This document shows positions 1-7,611 of a stretch of DNA of 12,156 nucleotides, piece after piece. The position numbers were made by a program, and so were the translations under genes. Where the stretch lies: assembly GCA_043826455.1 (NCBI GenBank), contig JBDRQD010000020.1, positions 1-12,156 on the forward strand, written 5' to 3'. The stretch's first letter is position 1. Each line of letters opens with the position of its first letter. Source of the DNA: Candidatus Bathyarchaeota archaeon (GTDB lineage: Archaea > Thermoproteota > Bathyarchaeia > TCS64). The notes beneath the pieces are model-generated. The model worked only from the letters and a program-made list of their open reading frames with translations, was not told the origin of the DNA and searched no databases.

Positions 1-768
1 AACCCCATCATTGACGGCTATCACCGCAAGAACGCTGATCCCGAGTGGCGTGAGGTGGTCCTTGAAGATATTGACAGTAAGGAGAAGTTTCTCAAGGCCC
101 GTATCATCGCCAACCTCCACAGGCGTACAGTCCCAGCCTCTGAAATTAAAGCCTGGGTCAACGAGTTAGCCGAATACGCTCTCATAGAGAAGGGTATTCA
201 GCCTGGTGAGATCAGCGGGTGGATCGCCGAAGAAACAGGATACTCGGAGAGACAAGTAAGAAGCTATCTTGATGAAAAATACAAAGACACATTACAAAGA
301 GAAAGGCGGTTAGGCAAGCCTCAGCCGGAGGAAATGACCGCCACCGCTGTTGAGCTTGACGCCATAGACAAACTAGGCCCCGACGGATATGACCAACTTC
401 GTCGTAAAATCGCTGAAGAGACCACCGAGTACATCGTAGAAACCTACGACATTCCAGACGAAATCGTGGATCAGATACTATACGAGGAAGAAGACGACCT
501 TGAGGAAACCCTGGAAACCGACACACAGAACGAGCTCAGACAGAGAGGCCAAGAGATCGGGGCTCAGATGAGGGAGGCCTTCAGCAGACTCGACACCCGC
601 CCCAACAAGCTACAGGAACGCTTCGCCCTCAAGGGCCGCCTCCTCATGATAGCCCACCAGCTGGAGAACCGCACCCTGTACCACCCCACAGACCCCCAGG
701 CCACCCTGATCTGGAGCAACGGCGACACCGTACAGAAAGCCCTAGAACTCCTGGAGGGCCTGCTGTGA
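1..768 (+). CDS. ParB/Srx-like N-terminal domain protein with HTH (5'-truncated)
   Basis: Frame 1 is open from base 1: NPIIDGYHRKNADPEW...IIANLHRR contains the ParB-type IIDGxHR motif and the NxxRR motif. It is followed by an HTH-like segment (WIAEETGYSERQVRSYL) and an acidic region. The ORF-track start at 55 is internal. Confidence 0.8.
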   Translation, partial: NPIIDGYHRKNADPEWREVVLEDIDSKEKFLKARIIANLHRRTVPASEIKAWVNELAEYALIEKGIQPGEISGWIAEETGYSERQVRSYLDEKYKDTLQRERRLGKPQPEEMTATAVELDAIDKLGPDGYDQLRRKIAEETTEYIVETYDIPDEIVDQILYEEEDDLEETLETDTQNELRQRGQEIGAQMREAFSRLDTRPNKLQERFALKGRLLMIAHQLENRTLYHPTDPQATLIWSNGDTVQKALELLEGLL

Positions 769-1412
769 GCTACATCAACATGATCCCCAGCAGCAGCCTC
801 TACATGCTCACCCAGTGGGACCCCGACCTAAAACTACAGGCCTTCAGAGGCTCAGGCAGCGCGGCAGGCGAAGCCACCAGCTGGGAGATCACCATGGGGG
901 ACACCACCATAGGCAAAGGGTCCACGGCCCAGACAGTCAAGGCCGACCTATTATACGAGTTCGGGGGCGGCGAGGTTCCGTTGAAGCAGGTCTACGAGTC
1001 CGTCAAAGAGAAAACAGGTTTACCCGACATAAGCCTGGACAGCTTCGTCTACGTTGACCGGGGCTGCAGGCTGGGAGTCCCCGAGTGGGGCACCACGGTG
1101 CGGAGTACCTTCAGGCGCAGAAGCCTCCACCCAGGTGTCTTCAAGCGCATGGCTGTGAACGGGCAGTACCCTCTCCAAGGCGTACACGTCATGCTGGATG
1201 AGATCAAGAGGAGCTTCGAGGCGTTGCCACAGGAAGTCAAGGTGAGGCTGAAGCCTAGCTGCCTCATCAGCGAGTACCACCCGGACATAAACGAAGATGG
1301 GCCCGCCGTCTACGCCTTGAAGCGCCCCTACATGGTGTTCATGAGCACCTCCTCCCGATTCTGGGAGCTGTTCGACATGGACTATAAACACAGAGGAGGC
1401 CCACCCACATGA
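765..1412 (+). CDS. Hypothetical protein (215 aa)
   Basis: GTG start overlaps the upstream stop (GTGA) with GGAGG just upstream; its own stop overlaps the next ATG (ATGA). No motif recognised. Confidence 0.75.
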   Translation: MSYINMIPSSSLYMLTQWDPDLKLQAFRGSGSAAGEATSWEITMGDTTIGKGSTAQTVKADLLYEFGGGEVPLKQVYESVKEKTGLPDISLDSFVYVDRGCRLGVPEWGTTVRSTFRRRSLHPGVFKRMAVNGQYPLQGVHVMLDEIKRSFEALPQEVKVRLKPSCLISEYHPDINEDGPAVYALKRPYMVFMSTSSRFWELFDMDYKHRGGPPT

Positions 1413-2545
1413 CTCAGGAGGCCCGTGACCTGGCCGTCAAGGAGCCTCAGAGCATAGCAGCAGGCGACCTTCTGCCCATCCTGGACCCGAAGGCCGCTGA
1501 GCGGGCGTACCACACTTACCTGAAGCTCTGCCAGGCCATACTAGTACCCTACGACAAGCGCATAGTCAAGGACGGGGTGGTGGTTCAGGAGTCGGATTAC
1601 GCCCGCATCCCCCAGCGGAAACAGGTGGCCGGGAAGTGGATCACCGAGTACGTGGACGCCCCCAAGAAATCGGCGTGGCGTAAGCTGGGCAGGTTCTACG
1701 GCGTCAGCACCGAGATCGTTGAGAAGACCAAGGAGCCCCACCCGGACGGTAGCTACACGTGGCACTACACCGTGAAGGCAACCGCCAGCGGCGTCACCCA
1801 GGACGGAGAGGGCAGCTGCACCAGCACCGAGAAGGGCGGCAAGTCTGAGCACGACACCCGGGCCACGGCCCACACCAGGGCCAAGAGCCGCGCCATCAGC
1901 GACCTCATAGGCTTCGGCCAGGTGAGCGCCGAGGAGTACCACAACTACGAGGAAGACGCCGAGCCCCGTAAACAGGTGGAAGCCGAGGCCAAGCCCGTGG
2001 AGCCTGAACGAAAGGGGAACGCCGCGCCAAACACCGCCAAGCCTGAGACACCCATCGTGGACCCGGCTGAGGAGACGGTGAAGGCCACCCTCACCGCCAA
2101 CGACCTGGACACCGACCACCTCCTCATCGTCCGGTACGGCAACGTGGTCAGGGTTGAGCCGGAAGAGGGATTCGGCGTCTGGGACGACTACGACCGCGTA
2201 CTCAAGCTCCTCAAGGCCAAGTGGAGCGACGAGGAGCTACGCTGGGAGATACCCGCCAAGAACCTGGAACACCTCACAGACGCCCCCGGGCCAGAGCCCG
2301 AGGAGCCGGTGTATGACATCTGGGCCATAGACTGGAAGCTGAAAGGCGGCGAATCCGCTCCACGGGGCACCAGCTGGGCTTGGGCCTTCGCCTACAATGA
2401 CGGCGACTACATACCCGAGATCAAGCCCCTCATCCAGTTCATCGAGCAGTACGGCCAGCTGGAGGCAGAGGGCTACACCGTCACCCTGGGAGGCCGAGAC
2501 AAGAACCTTCTCAACCTAAAGAAAAACAAGAAGGAGGCGAAGTGA
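1409..2545 (+). CDS. Probable Rad52/Rad22-superfamily single-strand annealing protein with C-terminal accessory domains
   Basis: Core reads KKSAWRKLGRFYGVS...YTVKATA...DGEGSC...HDTRATAHTRAKSRAISDLIGFGQVSAEE, matching the helix-strand-strand-helix pattern and A-x-TRA-xx-RA...SAEE signature of viral SSAPs. A Pro/Glu-rich linker and two small Trp-rich domains follow. SD GGAGG upstream. Confidence 0.65.
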   Translation: MTQEARDLAVKEPQSIAAGDLLPILDPKAAERAYHTYLKLCQAILVPYDKRIVKDGVVVQESDYARIPQRKQVAGKWITEYVDAPKKSAWRKLGRFYGVSTEIVEKTKEPHPDGSYTWHYTVKATASGVTQDGEGSCTSTEKGGKSEHDTRATAHTRAKSRAISDLIGFGQVSAEEYHNYEEDAEPRKQVEAEAKPVEPERKGNAAPNTAKPETPIVDPAEETVKATLTANDLDTDHLLIVRYGNVVRVEPEEGFGVWDDYDRVLKLLKAKWSDEELRWEIPAKNLEHLTDAPGPEPEEPVYDIWAIDWKLKGGESAPRGTSWAWAFAYNDGDYIPEIKPLIQFIEQYGQLEAEGYTVTLGGRDKNLLNLKKNKKEAK

Positions 2546-2850
2546 TGGTCCTAGCAGCCACAGCCCTGGAGATAGGCCTAGCCGAGGCCACAGGGAAAAG
2601 CGTGATGACTATCAGATACTCAGCCGCCAGGCTGCTCCTGGAGCTTCAGCTAGGCCGAGGGCTAACACCCAGGGAGGCATACAGGCTCACAGGCAAGATG
2701 TCCGACTCCTACCCCAGGATCAGAGGCCAGGGCTGCGTCTACATAGGTGAGACCCCGGAGCCCGACCACCTGGGAGCCCTAGAGGTCCTGAAGATCATCC
2801 AGCGAACAGGGATACTGGAGACCAACGAAGCGGAGGTGCCGAGGCCATGA
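2545..2850 (+). CDS. Hypothetical protein (~101 aa), possible HTH
   Basis: TGATG overlap at 2543-2547 with SD AAGGAGG at 2531-2537 (alternative GTG start at 2542). LTPREAYRLTG weakly resembles an HTH. Confidence 0.65.
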   Translation: MVLAATALEIGLAEATGKSVMTIRYSAARLLLELQLGRGLTPREAYRLTGKMSDSYPRIRGQGCVYIGETPEPDHLGALEVLKIIQRTGILETNEAEVPRP

Positions 2851-2957
2851 CCAGGTGCAACCGCCACGACCTAAGAGACCGGGATCTCGACCAACGCACC
2901 GTGTTCACCGACCAGCTAAACGAGAAACAGCCGCAAAAGGAGGGAGAAAATGGCTGA
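2847..2957 (+). CDS. Microprotein, 36 aa (MTRCNRHDLRDRDLDQRTVFTDQLNEKQPQKEGENG); not in ORF track
   Basis: ATG overlaps the upstream TGA (ATGA), with GGAGGTG upstream; its stop overlaps the next ORF. Confidence 0.5.
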   Translation: MTRCNRHDLRDRDLDQRTVFTDQLNEKQPQKEGENG

Positions 2958-3081
2958 AAAAACAGTGAAAAAACTCCCCCCATGCCCCTGGCCAGACAAC
3001 AAAGCCCCATACACCATACACCGAGTAGTGATACCACGGAAACTATCCCACGGCGGCTACTGGATGGAGGACCGATGGTGA
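2950..3081 (+). CDS. Microprotein, 43 aa (MAEKTVKKLPPCPWPDNKAPYTIHRVVIPRKLSHGGYWMEDRW); not in ORF track
   Basis: Strong SD AAGGAGGG just before ATG 2950; its TGA (3079-3081) overlaps the nuclease ATG (TGATG). Confidence 0.55.
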   Translation: MAEKTVKKLPPCPWPDNKAPYTIHRVVIPRKLSHGGYWMEDRW

Positions 3082-3740
3082 TGAGCGAAAAACTCCAAGT
3101 AATGCGAGACATAGCCACCTGGATCCTCCCCCACCGCTGGAACGTCTACTATAACCAGAGAAACGCGGACGGATACCCAACATTCACCGCCGACACCAAC
3201 AGCCGCCCGGACATGATGATCACCAAGAAAAACTACAGCATACTCATAGAGGTAAAACCATGCAGCGAACACCAGGACCTCCTCAACGGCTACGACCAGC
3301 TACTGAAATACGCGGGCGAATACTACAGCGGCCGAGTCACCTACAAAACAAACATAACAAGAAACATCAACGCCTTCGCATTAGCGACAAAGTACAGCCG
3401 AAACGGGTACCTGTACAGCAACGAAGCAAACACCGGCTTCGTAGACTACGTCGGGTACCTTGCCCAGCACCTGAATATGACTGAGAAGCCGATAACCTTC
3501 CTCTTCACACGTATGCTATGGCGGCAATGGGAGAAGGGCTATGCGTTTGAACATTACTCAAAGCTGAGACAAGGAGAATCCCGTGAAATAAACAGACTAC
3601 CCAAAAAGCCCTATGTAGGGGTACTAACAGCAAAGATACTATCAAACCGACAGATCGAGTCCACGCCATACCTATACCTTAACAGCAACAAGTTCATCCC
3701 CCTAAACCTCGACGAATTATACCTGTTCGAGGAGTCGTAA
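3081..3740 (+). CDS. PD-(D/E)xK (restriction-endonuclease-fold) nuclease, ~219 aa
   Basis: RPDMMI...ILIEVK followed by a QxxxY helix (DQLLKY). Start placed at ATG 3081 (TGATG coupling, GGAGG at 3066-3070); 3075 and 3078 are alternatives. Stop overlaps the primpol start (TAATG). Confidence 0.75.
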   Translation: MSEKLQVMRDIATWILPHRWNVYYNQRNADGYPTFTADTNSRPDMMITKKNYSILIEVKPCSEHQDLLNGYDQLLKYAGEYYSGRVTYKTNITRNINAFALATKYSRNGYLYSNEANTGFVDYVGYLAQHLNMTEKPITFLFTRMLWRQWEKGYAFEHYSKLRQGESREINRLPKKPYVGVLTAKILSNRQIESTPYLYLNSNKFIPLNLDELYLFEES

Positions 3741-4813
3741 TGGACCCCCGACCAGAGACGCTTCTAGTCTTCACCGACTGCCTCCTAGACGACGCACCAC
3801 CCACATATGTTCCCTGGCTTTTCAGGTGCGGTAGACACAGCAAAGCCCCGGCCACCGAGTACGGGTCATGGAAGGACACCAAGAACAGGCTAACCGTTGA
3901 CCAGGCCGTGGAGTGGATGCTGGAGGGCGGCAACGTAGGCATAGCCGGTATGCCCGATGACCCGCTAGTCAACGTGGACATTGACGACGGCGAAGTAACC
4001 CGGAAAGAGGACCTGGCCCCAACACTCATGTCCAGATCCCGCAGCCGAACAGGCATCCACGGCTTCTACTTCTCATGGGACAACATCCCAAACATTCCGA
4101 CAGATAACGCCGGGGAGGTACGCAGCCGAGGCCAGTACGTAGTAGCCCCAGGCAGCTACGTGGCCACGGACCCCGAGACCGTGCCCGAGAACCAGCGCCG
4201 AGACGCGGGCTATTACACTGTCGAGGAGGCCCGCCCGCCGGCGTGGATCACGTACCAGGACCTCCCAGAGATATTCAGAAAGACCTATGAAAAGAACAGG
4301 ACAGAGGAACCCCGACAGCCGACACGGTTTGACCCCAAGAAAGCCGGCGGAAGCTATTCCGCCCTCTTCGATGTCAAAGCCATAGACATAATACGGCATG
4401 AAGGAAAACCGGCGGAGCCAAACAGACGATGGGGGAGCCTATTCCACGACAGCACCACCGAGGCCAACATGAGCCTCAGCACCAAGGGACTCCTACACTG
4501 CTGGCGACACAACGTAACCCACAACGGCCTCCAGGCCCTCACCGTACTCAGCGGATACATGACGTGCCAGGAAGCCGGGACACCGCACCGAGGCACGGCG
4601 GGCTCATCCAGAGTCGTAGGCGACGACGGAGCAGTATTCCACGCCTGGCTCTACGCCAAGAAACACGGCTACATACCCGGAGACGACCCAATACCCGTCC
4701 GCGCCCTGAACCATATCGCTCAGAAGCACTTGGGTTACGAGGCCAAGAAAAACAAGCTACTGCCCAGCGATGTTTACCGCCGCGTACTGGAAATCGTGGA
4801 GGCCGACTACTGA
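3740..4813 (+). CDS. Bifunctional DNA primase-polymerase (Prim-Pol, AEP superfamily) with putative C-terminal Zn-binding region
   Basis: Characteristic Prim-Pol motifs: K-x-P, GNVGIA, LVNVDID (DxD), SRSRTGIHGFYF (catalytic His) and GEVRSRGQYVVAPGS. The C-terminal FHDS...LHCWRH...C segment resembles primase Zn-binding motifs. Confidence 0.88.
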   Translation: MDPRPETLLVFTDCLLDDAPPTYVPWLFRCGRHSKAPATEYGSWKDTKNRLTVDQAVEWMLEGGNVGIAGMPDDPLVNVDIDDGEVTRKEDLAPTLMSRSRSRTGIHGFYFSWDNIPNIPTDNAGEVRSRGQYVVAPGSYVATDPETVPENQRRDAGYYTVEEARPPAWITYQDLPEIFRKTYEKNRTEEPRQPTRFDPKKAGGSYSALFDVKAIDIIRHEGKPAEPNRRWGSLFHDSTTEANMSLSTKGLLHCWRHNVTHNGLQALTVLSGYMTCQEAGTPHRGTAGSSRVVGDDGAVFHAWLYAKKHGYIPGDDPIPVRALNHIAQKHLGYEAKKNKLLPSDVYRRVLEIVEADY

Positions 4814-6519
4814 TGGTTAAGACAGGGCGAAAAAAACCCAGAAAAAACGCCATGTCCCAGGTGCTGGAGCTCCTTGAAAACAAGTACGTGTTCGCAACTC
4901 CAGACGACATCGAGGTTCTATACCTCTACAAGGACGGCGTGTACATCCCTGGTGAAACCACAGTAAAGGCAGCCGTCGAAGAGATCCGGGGCGACGATAC
5001 TGATACCAGTTTCTGCAACGAAGTCATAAACCACTTCAAACGCAGGTCCTACACCCCAAGAACTGCTTTCAACCACTTTAAGGGCGAGATCCCTGTACTC
5101 AACGGCCTCCTCAACCTAGAAACCATGCAACTACGGGACTTCGACCCGAAGAAAATATTCACCTATAAAATAAACACCAGATTCCATCCAGACAAAGACT
5201 GCCCCCAGTTTAAAGCAGCCCTCAACCAGATCCTGCCCAAAGAAGACGAGCAAGCCCTACTGCAAGAATACGCCGGCTACACGCTGTGGCCCGAGTTCCC
5301 ACACCACAAGTTCATAGTCTTCATCGGAGTAGGCCGCAACGGTAAAGGCGTCATCATAAGGACAATAGTAGGGATCCTAGGTCAAGACAACGTCAGCAAC
5401 ATTCGGCTAGAGCACCTGGACGGCAGCCACAGGTTCATGGTACCCAACCTCTTCGGGAAGCTGATGAACGTATGCTCCGAACCATCCACACGAAGACCCT
5501 TCAAAACGGAGCTCCTGAAACAGATCACTGGACAGGACACCCTGGATGGGGAGATCAAGGGCAAGCAAAACCCCCTCAGATTCATACCCTTCACCAAGTT
5601 CTTCGTCCAAGCGAACAAGCTCCCCGTGGTCGACGACACAACCCTATCGTTCTGGGACAGGATAAACATAATCGAGTTCACGGAAACATTCACCGACGAG
5701 AAGGGAAACAAAACCGCTGAAATCGAGAGCATGTGGCTATGTGATGAGGATGAACGAAGCGGCATCCTAAACTGGATGATCGAGGGCCTGAAAAGACTCA
5801 AAGAGAAAGGCCAGTTCACACAAACGAAGTCAATGGATCAGCAGATCCTGAAATTCAAGCAAGCAAGCGACCCTGTAGGCGCGTTCCTCACCGACCCCCA
5901 AGAATGCATGTACGGAGCCAATCAGTGGGTGACGCGCAACGACCTGTACAACGCCTACAAGGAGTACGCAGAAACCATAGGCACAAAAATCGAAACCACT
6001 GGAGTATTTGCTGAACGCATAAAACGGCTGCCGGGTGTAAAAACAAGGCAAAAAAGAGTCAAAGGAACAACTGAGCGAATCTGGACAGGGATCAGTATAA
6101 GAAAAAAGGAAACCGCACTAGAGGACTACGAGGAAGAAAAGACACCTGAACACGAAAGTGAAGCAGATGAAGCAGATGAAACACCCTTTTCCCTCCGAGA
6201 AAATGAAAATAATAATAATATAAAGGGGGGGGATATACCTGCTTCACCTGCTTCACCTGCTTCATTTTACCCTCTCCGGCAGGAGACCCCCAAGCCGGGG
6301 CTAACACAGGACACCCCGAGGGACACGATAGACCCCGATAAACTACGCATCGGTGAGATCGCGGCCCTCATCGCCAAAAACAGCGGCAAGCACACCACGG
6401 ACAACATAGCGTACAGGTTCAACGGCATATCCCGCCAGGTCTTAGACAAGCTGCTGGCCCGGGCCGCCGAGGTGGGGCTAGTCTACGTGGACACCGAGGG
6501 GAGGTGGTTCAAGCGGTGA
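4813..6519 (+). CDS. SF3 helicase, D5/phage-plasmid primase P4 C-terminal family (568 aa), with an extra C-terminal wHTH
   Basis: D5_N-like region (LYLYKDGVY...IPVLNGLLNLET...FTYKI), Walker A GVGRNGKG, Walker B LMNVCSE, LKQITGQD, motif C FVQANKLP, FWDRINIIEF and D5-type wHTH (NDLYNAYKEY). The start is likely ATG 4813 (TGATG overlap with the primpol stop), not 4429. Confidence 0.9.
   Translation: MVKTGRKKPRKNAMSQVLELLENKYVFATPDDIEVLYLYKDGVYIPGETTVKAAVEEIRGDDTDTSFCNEVINHFKRRSYTPRTAFNHFKGEIPVLNGLLNLETMQLRDFDPKKIFTYKINTRFHPDKDCPQFKAALNQILPKEDEQALLQEYAGYTLWPEFPHHKFIVFIGVGRNGKGVIIRTIVGILGQDNVSNIRLEHLDGSHRFMVPNLFGKLMNVCSEPSTRRPFKTELLKQITGQDTLDGEIKGKQNPLRFIPFTKFFVQANKLPVVDDTTLSFWDRINIIEFTETFTDEKGNKTAEIESMWLCDEDERSGILNWMIEGLKRLKEKGQFTQTKSMDQQILKFKQASDPVGAFLTDPQECMYGANQWVTRNDLYNAYKEYAETIGTKIETTGVFAERIKRLPGVKTRQKRVKGTTERIWTGISIRKKETALEDYEEEKTPEHESEADEADETPFSLRENENNNNIKGGDIPASPASPASFYPLRQETPKPGLTQDTPRDTIDPDKLRIGEIAALIAKNSGKHTTDNIAYRFNGISRQVLDKLLARAAEVGLVYVDTEGRWFKR
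6159..6264. repeat. Inverted 9-bp iteron arrays flanking an AT-rich spacer; candidate replication origin
   Basis: Left: TGAAGCAGA x2 plus degenerate TGAAACACC (6159-6185). Right: CCTGCTTCA x3 (6238-6264), whose reverse complement is TGAAGCAGG. The spacer contains AAAATGAAAATAATAATAATATAAA and a G8 run. Confidence 0.7.
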
Positions 6520-6905
6520 CCTCAGGGTTTGCCTTACTTGACGTTTCTGAAATGAAACATCTGTTGACTGACAAACAATACGTCGTCATGAGTTGGGGGA
6601 ACGAAGACGGGTTCTATCAATATTTAGAAGAAAAGTACTTCACGCCAGGAACCCCCAGAAACGCCGAGTTTGAAATCGTGATAGGGCCCATAAATACTTC
6701 TAATGGGCATAAAATGAGTTTCTGGGTCAGAATAAAGAGGACAAAACTCAACGAGGCTTACCTCTTTGCTGCACTACAGGAGTTTTACAATCTTCCTCTA
6801 AAAAGATCGGACTTCAAAAAGAGACTGAAAAAAATAAGAGATGAGATTAACTCAAACATACCGACCTGGTTTAGCTTTGAACAACCCAAGGAGGCGAAGC
6901 CATGA
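6516..6905 (+). CDS. Hypothetical protein (~129 aa), low GC
   Basis: GTG 6516 overlaps the helicase stop (GTGA), with an alternative ATG at 6552; its stop overlaps the next ATG. Confidence 0.65.
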   Translation: MTSGFALLDVSEMKHLLTDKQYVVMSWGNEDGFYQYLEEKYFTPGTPRNAEFEIVIGPINTSNGHKMSFWVRIKRTKLNEAYLFAALQEFYNLPLKRSDFKKRLKKIRDEINSNIPTWFSFEQPKEAKP

Positions 6906-7159
6906 GTCTGGCGCTGAGCCTGAAGACGCCGGAGGAGATACGCCCCGGCGAGGTAGTATCCTACTGGGAGCAGCTGGCCGAGCGCACCCCTCACGACTGC
7001 TACGCCGTCTACCGGAGCCCAAACCGCGAGCTCCGGGCCTGGGTAGACGAGGCAACGACCACCGTCGCCCTCATGTGGAACGTACACACCGGTCAGGTCC
7101 ACCAGGTAGACACGAAGGCCCTGTACCCACTCATCAGCAAGCTAGGAGGCTGGATATAG
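6902..7159 (+). CDS. Hypothetical protein (85 aa)
   Basis: ATGA overlap with the upstream stop, SD AAGGAGG at 6888-6894; abuts the next gene. Confidence 0.7.
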   Translation: MSLALSLKTPEEIRPGEVVSYWEQLAERTPHDCYAVYRSPNRELRAWVDEATTTVALMWNVHTGQVHQVDTKALYPLISKLGGWI

Positions 7160-7465
7160 GTGAGCCGAAAAAGATTGACCTGGTATGAGACAAGGGCCAG
7201 AATCCTTAACGTGATTAGAGAAGCGGGCTCTATATCTCAATACAAACTGGTAAAAAAGGCGGGGGTAGCCCCCAACAGCGTCTTCAAGTACGTCAAAATG
7301 CTTAACGCTGAAGGTCTTATCCGCCTCGAACATGAGCCGTGCTCGCGCAGCCTCACAGGTGTAAAAAGTATCTGGGTGATCACCCCCAGGGGCATGGTGA
7401 ATAGTTGCCCCTTATGCGGCCACCCCATAGAGGCCGCTAACCCTGAAGGAGGCTGGATAGGGTGA
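7160..7465 (+). CDS. Winged-helix DNA-binding protein with a C-terminal CPxCG motif
   Basis: RARILNVIREAGSISQYKLVKKAGVAPNSVFKYVKMLNAEGLI...IWVITPRG is a typical ArsR/MarR-like wHTH pattern; tail contains CPLCGHP. Confidence 0.8.
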   Translation: MSRKRLTWYETRARILNVIREAGSISQYKLVKKAGVAPNSVFKYVKMLNAEGLIRLEHEPCSRSLTGVKSIWVITPRGMVNSCPLCGHPIEAANPEGGWIG

Positions 7466-7611
7466 GGTGTGAGGTTTGCCCGTACAGGGTGACCCCGTTC
7501 TTCTTCTGCTCCAGGCTGAGGCAGCCCCTGGACGACGGCAAGACGGTGATCCAGGGCTGCAACGTAGACGGAGAGATGGACTGGGTGGAGGATGAGGGAA
7601 ATGAGTCGTAG
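7462..7611 (+). CDS. Cys4 microprotein, 49 aa (MRCEVCPYRVTPFFFCSRLRQPLDDGKTVIQGCNVDGEMDWVEDEGNES); not in ORF track
   Basis: GTGA overlap with the wHTH stop, SD AGGAGG at 7447-7452, CxxC-x9-C-x16-C pattern; stop TAG 7609-7611 overlaps the next ORF. Confidence 0.65.
   Translation: MRCEVCPYRVTPFFFCSRLRQPLDDGKTVIQGCNVDGEMDWVEDEGNES

Noticed and set aside
2982..3080. ORF-track start of the nuclease at 2982
   Set aside because: It overlaps the SD-supported 2950-3081 micro-ORF; the SD and stop/start coupling favour a start at 3075-3081.
4429..4812. 128-codon N-terminal extension of the helicase ORF, or a programmed -1 frameshift fusing primpol and helicase
   Set aside because: The extension is an Arg/Pro-rich shadow translation overlapping the primpol. 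I found no canonical X XXY YYZ slippery site near the junction (GAAAAAC near 4747 is imperfect), and the TGATG overlap explains the start at 4813.
6159..6264. CRISPR array or simple microsatellite interpretation of the repeats
   Set aside because: The units are 9 bp, tandem without spacers and arranged as two inverted blocks, unlike CRISPR repeats; the symmetry argues against simple slippage.
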